From Candidatus Poribacteria bacterium (GTDB taxonomy: Bacteria; Poribacteria; WGA-4E; WGA-3G), in the NCBI GenBank assembly GCA_965205015.1, contig OZ242029.1, positions 320,001-384,000 on the forward strand: a DNA stretch of 64,000 nt. The letters run 5' to 3'. The notes below the pieces were generated by a model. That model worked only from the letters and a program-made list of their open reading frames with translations. It ran no database searches and was not told the origin of the DNA. Positions 29,642-38,946 of this stretch are shown piece by piece (the stretch's first letter is position 1; each line of letters starts with the position of its first letter). The position numbers and the translations under genes are program-made.

Positions 29642-30988
29642 CAGGGGTATTCAGTTTTCGGTTTTTTCGTAATATTTTTCACATCTGTTAATATTATAAA
29701 ATAAACAGATACAGCGTGACTTTTCCCGCTGTATCTGCTATACTTCACCGTAAAAAACCATCACATTTTTTGAGGTGAATCATGACAAGAAGTTCCTCTT
29801 GCCACTTACTTGACATATTAGCAGAAGTTCCGGATCCACGCCATAAAAAAGGGAAACGCTACAACTTGGGGTCTATCCTTGCGCTGCTCGTCATCGGTGT
29901 AATGTCGAATCATAAAGGGTATACGTCTATAGCGACTTGGGCACGGCATCAAGGGGCCCTGGCAAAAGCGTTAGGTTTCAAATCAGAGAAGACCCCGTGT
30001 GCTGGAACGCTTCATAATCTTTTGAAGCGTCTTGACGTCGTGAGTCTCGAAGCCTTACTCACGAAATGGGTGTTTTCAAAACTTGAAAGTCTTCAAGTTT
30101 TGAAAACACAGGATTTACAAGGGGTGGCGATAGATGGCAAAGAGTTATGTGGCTCCAAAGACCCAGAAACCCGATACCGCACACATTTACTCTCCGCTGT
30201 CTCTCATGAGTTAGGGATTACCCTTACACAGCGGGCTGTCAGTGGAAAAACAAATGAGATCCCCATCTCAACGCAACTTCTGAAAACCTTTGATGTCACC
30301 GGGAAAGTCATAACAACAGATGCACTTTTGACCCAAAGAACCTTTTGTAAAGAGGTTCTCAAATATCACGCAAACTATGCAATGCCCGTCAAAGAGAATC
30401 ACAAACAGATGTATCACGACATTCGCGAACTCTTTGAACCGCTTTCGGAGACAGACACACCACACGTCCAAGCACGACGGTTTCAGAACCTACACACCGA
30501 GGCAGACGCACACCTTGATACCCACACAGACGTTGAAACATCACACGGGTTTATCACCACACGCACGCTAACAGCAAGCACACTCTTGACGGATTATATC
30601 AACTGGCCAGGACTCGCACAAGTGTATCAATACCAATCCAAGCGGGAGAATACCAAAACAGGCAAGACTACCTACCAGACGCAGTATGGCATCACGAGTC
30701 TTACACCACAAGACGCATCCGCAGAAACTTTGCTCAAACTCCGACGCCAACACTGGACGATAGAAAACAAAGTCCATTGGGTGCGAGATGTCGTCCTCGG
30801 GGAGGACGCTTCACAAGCAAGAACAGGGAGACTCCCACAAGTCATGGCTGCCCTACGCAACACTGCCCTGGCTCTCTTACGCTTTGACGGACACACAAAA
30901 ATTGCGGAAACACTGCGATTTTTCGCTGCAAAACCTAAACTCGCAGTTAAACTCATACAGTGACAAAACTTAAAACTAAATACCCCTG
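29642..30988 (+). mobile_element. ISAs1-family IS, copy 1 (1347 bp)
   Basis: IR CAGGGGTATTCAGTTTT / AAAACTAAATACCCCTG; 10-bp TSD TGTTATAAGC at 29632-29641 and 30989-30998. Confidence 0.95.
29782..30963 (+). CDS. ISAs1 transposase
   Basis: VPDPR, VAIDGK, KTNEIP, TTDALLTQ, RQHWTIENKVHWVRDVVLGED. Confidence 0.95.
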   Translation: MTRSSSCHLLDILAEVPDPRHKKGKRYNLGSILALLVIGVMSNHKGYTSIATWARHQGALAKALGFKSEKTPCAGTLHNLLKRLDVVSLEALLTKWVFSKLESLQVLKTQDLQGVAIDGKELCGSKDPETRYRTHLLSAVSHELGITLTQRAVSGKTNEIPISTQLLKTFDVTGKVITTDALLTQRTFCKEVLKYHANYAMPVKENHKQMYHDIRELFEPLSETDTPHVQARRFQNLHTEADAHLDTHTDVETSHGFITTRTLTASTLLTDYINWPGLAQVYQYQSKRENTKTGKTTYQTQYGITSLTPQDASAETLLKLRRQHWTIENKVHWVRDVVLGEDASQARTGRLPQVMAALRNTALALLRFDGHTKIAETLRFFAAKPKLAVKLIQ

Positions 30989-31063
30989 TGTTATAAGCCA
31001 TCAGCATTCAGCAGTTATCGGTTAGTAACGTCGCGAGCAAAGAGATGTGGCGTGTTTCAGCAA

Positions 31064-31293
31064 TTGTCTGAATCGCGGATTTACGCGGATGACACGGATT
31101 TCGCGGATTTTTTATGCGTGGATGGGTCGTTATCTGAATCAGGATTTTAGGATTGGCAGGATTACAAATGTATCGGATTTTGTTAGCGTGTGCCGGATAG
31201 AGATCCTTTAGTTTTCACGGAGGCTTCACGGAGGTTTTTTCGACGTAGGTGTGACGTGGGTTCCCAAGGGTCAATATGCGGTCCCTCCGTGAA
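31064..31293. repeat. Cluster of short degenerate tandem and inverted repeats
   Basis: tctgaatcgcggatttacgcggatgacacggatttcgcggat; tctgaatcaggattttaggattggcaggatt (related inverted copy near 35920-35962); ttcacggagg x2 with inverted cctccgtgaa. Confidence 0.55.
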
Positions 31294-31389
31294 GAAACAG
31301 ACGTGAAATTATAATTAACTTTTAGTATTAGTGTTTTTGGAACTAAATGCTTCTACTTTTTTATTTTTGGCTATTCGACCTAAGTGGGA

Positions 31390-31482
31390 CAGGACTTACG
31401 CAGCCCCTTTTGCAGGCAGGGTTTGAAACCTCGCCAGCAGTGTGTAGAATATAGGTTTTCATGGAAAAATGCGTAAGTCCTA
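31390..31482. mobile_element. 93-bp MITE with AGGACTTACGCA inverted ends
   Basis: aggacttacgca 31391-31402 / tgcgtaagtcct 31470-31481; flanking TGGGA direct repeat; solo ends near 44176, 55393 and 56884. Confidence 0.75.
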
Positions 31483-31669
31483 TGGGATATAAACAATTCG
31501 GTTCAGGAATTCATCTTCACGCGATGCTCCTGCAATAAGGATAAGATCCTCAAGAACCACGCGCATGGGTGCATTGAGATCAATTGTGATAATACCGGGT
31601 ATAGAACGCCCTTCTGCTAAGTGGTCGGCAAGATGCCGAGGCATACTTCTCCGATTGTTCGTCACCAAG
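31480..31669 (-). pseudogene. DUF5615 PIN-like toxin (VapC45-type), 3' part
   Basis: LVTNNRRSMPRHL...PGII; joins in frame with 33137-33300 to give 117 aa. Confidence 0.85.
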
Positions 31670-31709
31670 GTGATAGACCCAAGTCTAAAGACTTGGACTT
31701 CTGCAATCG

Positions 31710-32921
31710 TTATGCAGAAGCATTTGTGGATTTCAGAATCGGATGGTTGGATTCAACGGAGCAGCCTACGATCTTGTCAAACAAAACAATAGGACTTACA
31801 ACCCCTAAGCCAAAGGAAGCTATCCCTTCCTTAAGAATATTCAGCGCAGCGTTCTCGTCGCGGTCAAGGTGCGTATCGCAACTCGGACACCTCCAAGAAC
31901 GATCTGCTAACGTGAGGTTTTGATTTTTATGTCCACAAACACAACAGGCTTTGGTCGTCGGAGACCACCGATTGATTTTCAGCACGGAGCGAATACGCTT
32001 ATGAGACTGGTGCTTGAGTTTCCGCAGGAACTCACCAAACGCAAGATCCGAGACCTGTTTCCCCCACAAGCGTTTCATACCCGAAAGGTTCAGGTCTTCA
32101 AAGAACAGTATATCAAACTTACGACACAGTTCTATCGCCAGTTTCCAATGGTGATCTGTCCGTTGGTTCGCCGTTTTCTTGTGGATACGCGCAACGGTCT
32201 TGCGTTCGCGTTCTTGGTTGTTAGACCCTTTCACCTTACGGGAATACGCCTTTTGTGCTTCTGCTAACTTTTCAGCGTTCTGTTTGTAAAACATCGGAGA
32301 CGTATACCTATGACCATCACTGCCAATCAGAAAGTCCGTAATACCCATATCAAACCCTTCAGCTTTACCCGTCTTGGGTTCGATCTTGATTTCGGTATAG
32401 TCTTCTGTCAGCGTAATATACATATCTCCGAGCGCATCCCTCGTTACATGAACTTCGATGATGTGTCCCTCGATTTTACGATGCAGGGCGAAGCGATACC
32501 AACGTCCATTCAGTCGGATTTTATAGGTCGGGTGATTTCTTTGGTTTTTCTGCTTATCCAGGACTTTTTCAATCTTGACCTGTTCACCCCGAAACGTCAT
32601 CCCTTTGTGTTTCTTGCAAGACTTGAACTTTGGGTGACCTCTGCCAAGGGTTTTCATTTCTCTAAAGGATTGTGCCAAACGCTTTAGCACATTTTGCAAC
32701 GCCCAAGAGTAAGGGATATTCCAATGCTGATACTTCTCAAGTTTCTTCAGTTTCGTCAAATGTTTCGACAGTTTCGCATACGAAAGCCCTTTCCCATAGC
32801 GGCGGTAATATCGCATACAGAGTGCCAAAAAATGATTTTTCACAACACCACAGATATTGCAATCGTCGTGCAAGTGACGCAACGTCTTATCCTTGAAAAG
32901 TTTATGTTTTGTGTTTCGCAT
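31710..32921 (-). CDS. tnpB: TnpB RNA-guided endonuclease, apparently intact
   Basis: RuvC D/E/D: GFDMG, FFEDL, DRDENAALNI; Zn finger CCVC..CPSC. Confidence 0.93.
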   Translation of the reverse strand: MRNTKHKLFKDKTLRHLHDDCNICGVVKNHFLALCMRYYRRYGKGLSYAKLSKHLTKLKKLEKYQHWNIPYSWALQNVLKRLAQSFREMKTLGRGHPKFKSCKKHKGMTFRGEQVKIEKVLDKQKNQRNHPTYKIRLNGRWYRFALHRKIEGHIIEVHVTRDALGDMYITLTEDYTEIKIEPKTGKAEGFDMGITDFLIGSDGHRYTSPMFYKQNAEKLAEAQKAYSRKVKGSNNQERERKTVARIHKKTANQRTDHHWKLAIELCRKFDILFFEDLNLSGMKRLWGKQVSDLAFGEFLRKLKHQSHKRIRSVLKINRWSPTTKACCVCGHKNQNLTLADRSWRCPSCDTHLDRDENAALNILKEGIASFGLGVVSPIVLFDKIVGCSVESNHPILKSTNASA

Positions 32922-32963
32922 GGTTTATCAAGTCTCAAGTCTTTAACCCCTATACAGTGGGTG

Positions 32964-33050
32964 GGACCGACACGTAACCTTGCGGTTATGCTGTATATGT
33001 CGGTCCAACTTGATATTCTCATTATACCACACTTTCGGACCAAACGTCAA
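32964..33050 (-). promoter_or_regulatory. tnpB promoter and structured 5' leader (element A)
   Basis: TTGACG-N18-TATAAT with TG extension, then hairpin GGACCGACAT..AGCA-TAACC-GCAA-GGTTA-CGTGTCGGTCC. Confidence 0.65.
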
Positions 33051-33136
33051 GCAAAAAATGAACGCTTTGGTCCTTTCCAAGAGGGCGAGACTGTATCCCA
33101 AAGCTAAAGCATTGGGTTTTCGTCTCGGAAGTTTAG

Positions 33137-33300
33137 ATAAAGTGATTCTGCTCACACCATTTCAGGATTTCAGGGTCGGGTGTACCTCTTACGGGTGCCC
33201 CAGTATCGCCGATCATCCAAACTGTTAACGATGACTCATGGTGGAGTAACTGTGCGCGGTAGGTTGGTGGAACGTGCTCGTCTAACAAATACGCGGTCAT
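33137..33300 (-). pseudogene. DUF5615 PIN-like toxin, 5' part
   Basis: MTAYLLDEHV...GTPDPEILKWCEQNHFI. Confidence 0.85.
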
Positions 33301-33316
33301 CTTTGCCCTTGTTGTT

Positions 33317-33664
33317 CTATGAAGGCGAGGGTGTTGTACTTGGAGCACTACCCCGCGCTTCTGTTCTGAGTTCCCGCAGTCGAGCAACAACAGGCGGCAG
33401 ATTTTTCTCGTATTCCTCCCGTGCTGTTTGGCAGTACTGGAGATAGTCTGCTAAATATACCCCAACTTCTTCTCGATTTTGCAGGTAATACAGAATCGTC
33501 GCGTAGACCTGTTCCAATGTTAATGTCCGAAAACGTTCTGCAATTTGTTCAGGTGTTTGGGCACGGTGAATATATTCGTATAGCACACTCTCAATACCAA
33601 TGCGTGTACCTTTTATTCTTATATCATCCTCTGCCAAAAAGTTGAAGTATTCTTCAATTTGCAT
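33317..33664 (-). CDS. DUF433 antitoxin (VapB45-type)
   Basis: IRIKGTRIGIESVL...TPEQIAERFRTLTLEQVYATILYY. Confidence 0.88.
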   Translation of the reverse strand: MQIEEYFNFLAEDDIRIKGTRIGIESVLYEYIHRAQTPEQIAERFRTLTLEQVYATILYYLQNREEVGVYLADYLQYCQTAREEYEKNLPPVVARLRELRTEARGSAPSTTPSPS

Positions 33665-33793
33665 TTCCATCACTCCGTTTAGGGATAGTTTCTGTTTGCC
33701 GCGCTGCATACTCTCATGAATTGGACAGCATCAGTGAGCACCGATAATTATCATAGCATACATTAAGCAAGAACGTCAAGTGAATTAGGGGGA

Positions 33794-33906
33794 TAGGGGC
33801 ATTTGTCACGATCATTTAGTTTTCCGCTAGAACACACTCAAAGTCCCCTGATAAGGGGGATTTAGGGGGTTTTTTCATGCAGAAAAGCTAAAACTAAATA
33901 GCCCTG
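33794..33906. mobile_element. Degenerate MITE with ISAs1-like ends
   Basis: Right end aaaactaaatagccctg vs ISAs1 IR aaaactaaatacccctg; interrupted left end aggggc...atttagtttt; internal cccctgataagggggatttaggggg. Confidence 0.55.
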
Positions 33907-34013
33907 GGATTACCGGAACAGACCTTGCCACCCGTTCACGTATGTGATATAATATCCTATTCAATAGTGTCATCATCCGTGAGAAAAGGAACACCTTACA
34001 AGGAGCAAAATCT

Positions 34014-34187
34014 ATGAACACAAATCCTGCTGAAACGCCAGTTATCAGCGTCCCCGACGGTTCTATCCGTGATTATGTTGATGGAAAACCTCGCAAGGAC
34101 ACACCAGAAGAATATGTCCGCCAGACGATTGAGAAAAGATTAATCAATGAGCACAAATACAAACAGGAACGGATCAAAATAGAATAA
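34014..34187 (+). pseudogene. Truncated N-terminus of a restriction enzyme/N6-methylase (HSDR_N-like)
   Basis: AGGAG RBS; MNTNPAETPVISVPDGSIRDYVDGKPRKDTPEEYVRQTIEKRLINEHKYKQERIKIE*; TPEExVRQ motif. Confidence 0.65.
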
Positions 34188-34296
34188 GGTAATGGAATTG
34201 TATTTTTTAGCAGGAAGCATTGAGGGTGATTGATGAGAAGGTTATATATGCGCGGTAAAAATAGTAATTAAGAGGCACTGGGTAGGAGAGTATTCT

Positions 34297-35514
34297 ATGA
34301 AACTATTTTCTAAAATATGGTATTGGCTTGTAATAATAGCGGTCCTAACACTTGCAGCAGGTATAACAACTCTGTTTCCACAAATAGATGATGTTGCTGT
34401 ATCTGAGGAAACAAATTCGCCTGATAACACGAACGAGATTGATCTTACTACTAAAGCTGATCCTCAACAAGAGAATCCCGCCTCGCCCAGCACAATGGAA
34501 AATGTCCATCCTGCAACCAATGTTGAATTACAGCGTCTTTTCAATGATTTACGAAAGGAATATCTGGACACCCGAGAGGGGACAATCAATTGGTGGCTGC
34601 AGTTCATTACCATAGTTCTCGCCTTCTTCGGTATTGTTGTTGTAGTTTTAGGTTACTTTGGACTCCAAGAGTTTAAGAAACTTAAAGCTGAAGCGGAGAA
34701 AGATGCTGATGAAATAAAGAATCAGCTCTCTGAGGTACTGAAAAGCAGAGCGGAACTTGAGAGAGTCCGAGAGGAAGCGGAAACTAATGAAGCGAAGACA
34801 GAATCCGATGAAGCCATCCAGAGGACAAGGGAAACGTTCAGTGCTGAGGAATTCGCTACCCTCTCTGGTGACGAAGAATTCGAGAAAGTTCTGCAAGATT
34901 TTGAACAAATTCCCAATCTGTCTTTTATAGACAAGGCGACAGTTGAAGCGTACAAGTTGCAGAAAGATGGTAAAATTACAGAGGCAATCCAGAAGTGGCA
35001 TTCTATTGCTAATATCGTTGATGAAACTGATAAACACCTCGCTGCCCGCGCGTGGAGTTCTGTGGGATATCTCCTTTCAAAACAGGAACAAGCAGAAGAC
35101 GCAATTTCTGCTTATGACAAGGCAATAGAGATGAGAGCGGACTATGCCGAGGCTTACTACAGGCGAGGTACGCAAAGAATTAGTCTGAAACAATATTTAC
35201 CCGCTATGAACGACTTTGATCAGGCAATTAAGTTGAATTTTAATGCAGCCACTGCATACGTAGGTCGAGGGCTTGCGAGATTAGAACTCAATAAACGTGA
35301 TGATGCTTTTATTGACTTCGATAATGCCATTTCCATAGATCCAAATTATGCCAGTGCTTATGCTGTTCGGGGTGAGGCAAAAGTTTCCGAAAATGATATT
35401 GCAGGTGCAAAGTCGGATTTCCAGTCCGCATTGAACCTAGCAGAGAAACAGGGCAAAAACGAACTCAAAATTACCATAGAGGAAAGACTTCAAGAACTTA
35501 ATGAAATGGAATAG
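34297..35514 (+). CDS. Membrane-anchored TPR protein, paralog of 26519-27583
   Basis: Shared NDLRxEYLD..IN.WL..I.IVLAFF and AI..W.SIANI motifs; TPRs; ALNLAEKQG tail. Confidence 0.88.
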   Translation: MKLFSKIWYWLVIIAVLTLAAGITTLFPQIDDVAVSEETNSPDNTNEIDLTTKADPQQENPASPSTMENVHPATNVELQRLFNDLRKEYLDTREGTINWWLQFITIVLAFFGIVVVVLGYFGLQEFKKLKAEAEKDADEIKNQLSEVLKSRAELERVREEAETNEAKTESDEAIQRTRETFSAEEFATLSGDEEFEKVLQDFEQIPNLSFIDKATVEAYKLQKDGKITEAIQKWHSIANIVDETDKHLAARAWSSVGYLLSKQEQAEDAISAYDKAIEMRADYAEAYYRRGTQRISLKQYLPAMNDFDQAIKLNFNAATAYVGRGLARLELNKRDDAFIDFDNAISIDPNYASAYAVRGEAKVSENDIAGAKSDFQSALNLAEKQGKNELKITIEERLQELNEME

Positions 35515-35632
35515 AAATTTGCAGAGAATATGCGATATGATTCCGTAAACTTGAAAATATAATTTAAGTTGCAATTTTTTGCGAACAGATGTATAATTTA
35601 AATTATCTTTAATATATAAGGAGGGTAAACTG

Positions 35633-35839
35633 ATGTCTCGTCTGAAAACTGACTACATATTCTCCAGCGGAGCAAGCGGAACTGATAGTGAAAAAGCTCG
35701 TAAGGCAATTGAAGCGGTTCGGGAAGCAGTTCGGGTCTCAAGTAGAAGTCATACATCTGAAGTAGAGAAAGCAAAGGCAGCATACCTCAAAGCCCTCCAT
35801 GAGGCTGTGAAAAGATTCAGCCGTTCAAAACAACGCTAA
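35633..35839 (+). CDS. Small basic hypothetical protein
   Basis: AAGGAGG RBS; 68-aa helical ORF. Confidence 0.55.
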   Translation: MSRLKTDYIFSSGASGTDSEKARKAIEAVREAVRVSSRSHTSEVEKAKAAYLKALHEAVKRFSRSKQR

Positions 35840-35969
35840 TCATTAGCAGGACGAGTAGTTCTGTCTATCTTTTTTATTTTAAGATGTAGCGTGATATTTT
35901 AACACAATACGCCAAGCGTATCCCGGCAATCTTAAAATCTTGTAAATCCTGATTCTGACAATCCTCCCT

Positions 35970-36365
35970 TCAAAGCGGTTTCCCGAAACACAACACATAC
36001 CCGTCATGATCCTTGAGTTCAAACGCCCGGAGACCGTCATCCGTGTCCGCGAGGGGTTCGTGGAACACCAGTCCGCGGGACTCAAACTCAGCAAACAACA
36101 CATCAGGATCGGAAACCCAGATAAAAGCGTCCCATCTTGCCCACTCGTGCCGGGTATGATTGGGGACGGGATGAATATCTTTAGCGATATGTTTGAGCAG
36201 AATTCGCACGTCATCACGACTCACGATTCCAAAAAACGGATCTTCCTCCGGGATGAGGAGATCTGTCTCAAAACCGAGTTTCTGATTGTAAAAATCGATG
36301 GATGCCGCAAGGTCGTCTACAATAAAAAACGGATAAATTCTTTCAAGTTTCGTATCTTTTGCCAT
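35970..36365 (-). CDS. VOC/glyoxalase/bleomycin-resistance family protein
   Basis: VDDLAASIDFY..KLGF; LRAFELKDHDGYVLCFG. Confidence 0.85.
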   Translation of the reverse strand: MAKDTKLERIYPFFIVDDLAASIDFYNQKLGFETDLLIPEEDPFFGIVSRDDVRILLKHIAKDIHPVPNHTRHEWARWDAFIWVSDPDVLFAEFESRGLVFHEPLADTDDGLRAFELKDHDGYVLCFGKPL

Positions 36366-36649
36366 CGTCTATCTCTCCTTTTTTCCGTAATATCCTAACA
36401 GATTCCCACCCAGTATTCAACGCAGAAGATTCTCATGGAAAAGTCTTCCCAGTTTGGAGTCGTGCGATTCATCGCACGTTTTGAAAGTACAAGGGGCAAT
36501 CAATGGTTTCCCTACTACGAACCAATTAATCTGAAGTATGGAAAACTGAAGAGCCCTAAGGTCCCATAAAAGCACAGTTGACAAATCTACGCCCTCAGAG
36601 TATACTAACAACAACGACCACACTCTGAATTGAGGAAGGAACAGATTTC

Positions 36650-37609
36650 ATGGCAACCCTCAGATGGGGAATACTCGGTTGTGGAGATGTCGCTGAATAT
36701 AAGGGCGGCCCGCCCCTTTACAGCGTCGATGATTCGGAACTCATCGCCGTAATGCGACGGGACGGCGCCAAAGCGGAATCCTTTGCCGAGAGACACGGTG
36801 CAAAGCGATTCTATACCGATATAGACGACCTTCTATCCGATGACGAACTCAATGCAATCTACATTGCGACGCATCCATATCTCCACTGCGAACAGACCCT
36901 CCGTGTCGCAGCGGCAGGTAAGCATGTCCTCTGCGAGAAACCGATGGCGATGACGGTTGAAGAGTGCCAACGGATGGTGGATGCCTGCCACGCCGCAGGT
37001 GTCACCCTGATGCTCGCCTATTATCGCAATTTCTATCCGAATATCGTAAAAATGAAGGCACTGATGGATGAGGGTGCCATCGGGGACGTAGTGCTGGCAC
37101 GAATCAATCACACCGGTTTTTATGATCCGACTCGGCACGACCTGCATAGCTGGCGAGTGGATCCCAAAATCAGCGGCGGCGGTGTGCTGATGGACCTCGG
37201 GAGCCACCGTATCTCGCTCCTTCAGTATCTGATGGGGAAAGTTGAATCCGTGCAAGGTTACGCCGAGACAGTGCATCTGGACATTGAGGTCGATGATGCC
37301 ACGGCGTTTACGCTCCGTTTCAAGAGTGGGGCGCATGCCGTTGCGAACGTCAACTGGAACGTCGGTGTCTCGATTGACGATGTTGAGGTCTACGGCACGG
37401 AAGGGGCTTTAAGGTGTTCGCCGTTGAACAGTGGGAACCTGACGTTGGAAAAATCGGGTGAGCAGATTGAGATGGACCAGACACCGTTCCCTTACACACA
37501 CACGGGTCTTGTAGAGGACTTCGTCAACCACCTCAAGACGGGTGAACCGATCCGGTGTACGGGTGAATCGGGATTGCAGACGAATGCAATCATCGCGCAG
37601 ATAATGTAG
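36650..37609 (+). CDS. Gfo/Idh/MocA oxidoreductase
   Basis: WGILGCG, GKHVLCEKPMA, GGGVLMDLGSH. Confidence 0.92.
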   Translation: MATLRWGILGCGDVAEYKGGPPLYSVDDSELIAVMRRDGAKAESFAERHGAKRFYTDIDDLLSDDELNAIYIATHPYLHCEQTLRVAAAGKHVLCEKPMAMTVEECQRMVDACHAAGVTLMLAYYRNFYPNIVKMKALMDEGAIGDVVLARINHTGFYDPTRHDLHSWRVDPKISGGGVLMDLGSHRISLLQYLMGKVESVQGYAETVHLDIEVDDATAFTLRFKSGAHAVANVNWNVGVSIDDVEVYGTEGALRCSPLNSGNLTLEKSGEQIEMDQTPFPYTHTGLVEDFVNHLKTGEPIRCTGESGLQTNAIIAQIM

Positions 37610-37631
37610 AAGTGTTCTCAGGTTTGGGTGC

Positions 37632-37678
37632 GGTGCGGTGTTTTTGCTGGGGTGTTTCCCCAAGGAAACCGCACCTAC
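37632..37678. repeat. REP-like palindrome (GGTGCGGT...ACCGCACC-TAC) between convergent genes
   Basis: Same inner gtttttg..gggtgtttccc as 3822-3863 with compensatory stem changes; GTAG on the minus strand. Confidence 0.65.
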
Positions 37679-37687
37679 CGTTAGCGG

Positions 37688-38839
37688 TTAATTAATCCGT
37701 TCAGATTCCAACGTTAACCAGTCCCAATACGCCCTCGGCATCTCCGCAGGCGAATCCAACCCGGCTTCCTCACGCCACCGTAACAACGGATGCCGCCGAT
37801 CGGGTTGTGGAAGGTCAACGCTCGTGCCATACGCCGCTGATTCAAAGATACCCATCATCATCTCAATGATGTGTCGTCCCTCAGTGCCGCTGCACGTATG
37901 TGCTTTCCCTTCGTCCAAAGCATTGACATAATCCTCCACGAACCAATAATCCGCTTCCGACGCGCTACTTTCAGGATCGTAGTGCTCAGGATAGATAAGT
38001 TCCAACGCTTCCCACTGGTCGTGCGTACCGTCGGGAACATAGTGCGGTGTCGGTAGCCACCACGCCCCACCGAGTCCCCAGAAGAGCCGTCCTTCAGTGC
38101 CGTAAAGCTCCATCGTATATCCATTGGTATCCATTTTGTCAAAGCGGTGTTGAAGCAGGGTACCCGTGACATTGCCCTCATACTGCAACGTTGCCGTGAT
38201 ATATTCGCCTGCGATTGTCCCCATGCCACTCGGCGACGGCACAACATCTGTAGGCATGATCGGTTTTCCGCCCGTCGTCAGGTGTGCCGCAATACTCTGG
38301 CACCGTTTTCCGAAGTGGAGCATGTTGTTGAGCATGTGGGTACCGATGTTCATCAAGCCGTAACCGCCGTAGTAGCCTTTCCCACTGCCGTACATGTAGC
38401 GCAACTCCCCGATCTTCCCAGCATCAAAAGCCTGTGAGAGCGCCTGCATAGGCGCCCCGACTCTACCTTGGTGGTGGACGGCGACCTGTACGCCTTTTTC
38501 CTTCGCTTTAGCGATAACGGCATCCGCCTGCACGAGATCCACACACATCGGCTTTTCGACCTCAATATGGACGCCGTGTTCCAGCACACGCATGCACAGA
38601 TCGTAGTGGAATTCCGTGCCGGTGGGAATCGCCACAATGTCGGGTTGGGTCTGCCGAATCATCTCATCTAAATCGGTGAACCGTGCGGTGACGTTGACCT
38701 CTTCACCGAGCGTGTCGAGACGTTCTTCGACCAGATCACAGAGTCCGACAATCTCTGTGCGTGGATGCGCATGATATGCCCGTGCTGCCGCCGTCCCGCG
38801 TCCTCTACATCCCAAAATTCCGATCCGATATATTTTCAT
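37688..38839 (-). CDS. Gfo/Idh/MocA oxidoreductase
   Basis: IGILGCRGRG, VEKPM, LMNIGTH. Confidence 0.88.
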   Translation of the reverse strand: MKIYRIGILGCRGRGTAAARAYHAHPRTEIVGLCDLVEERLDTLGEEVNVTARFTDLDEMIRQTQPDIVAIPTGTEFHYDLCMRVLEHGVHIEVEKPMCVDLVQADAVIAKAKEKGVQVAVHHQGRVGAPMQALSQAFDAGKIGELRYMYGSGKGYYGGYGLMNIGTHMLNNMLHFGKRCQSIAAHLTTGGKPIMPTDVVPSPSGMGTIAGEYITATLQYEGNVTGTLLQHRFDKMDTNGYTMELYGTEGRLFWGLGGAWWLPTPHYVPDGTHDQWEALELIYPEHYDPESSASEADYWFVEDYVNALDEGKAHTCSGTEGRHIIEMMMGIFESAAYGTSVDLPQPDRRHPLLRWREEAGLDSPAEMPRAYWDWLTLESERIN

Positions 38840-38946
38840 AGCTCCCTCCTTTTCACATTTGATCGTCCTTGTATTCACCTGCCTACACTGTTGATGTTTC
38901 GCATTATATCATAATCCGTTTAACGGGTCAATGCCTTTGATTTCCC

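Larger units (their letters stand above)
31670..33136 (-). mobile_element. IS200/IS605-family tnpB-only element A
   Basis: Inserted 3' of TTTAT, ends in TCAC, no TSD; subterminal hairpins cccaatgctttagctttggg and ccaagtctttagacttgg; removal restores the toxin frame exactly. Confidence 0.9.

Noticed and set aside
31670-33136. IStron (group I intron-IS hybrid) that would splice to restore the toxin
   Set aside because: Only about 215 nt precede tnpB, and they are taken up by the end hairpin, promoter and a short leader; no group I core is recognisable.
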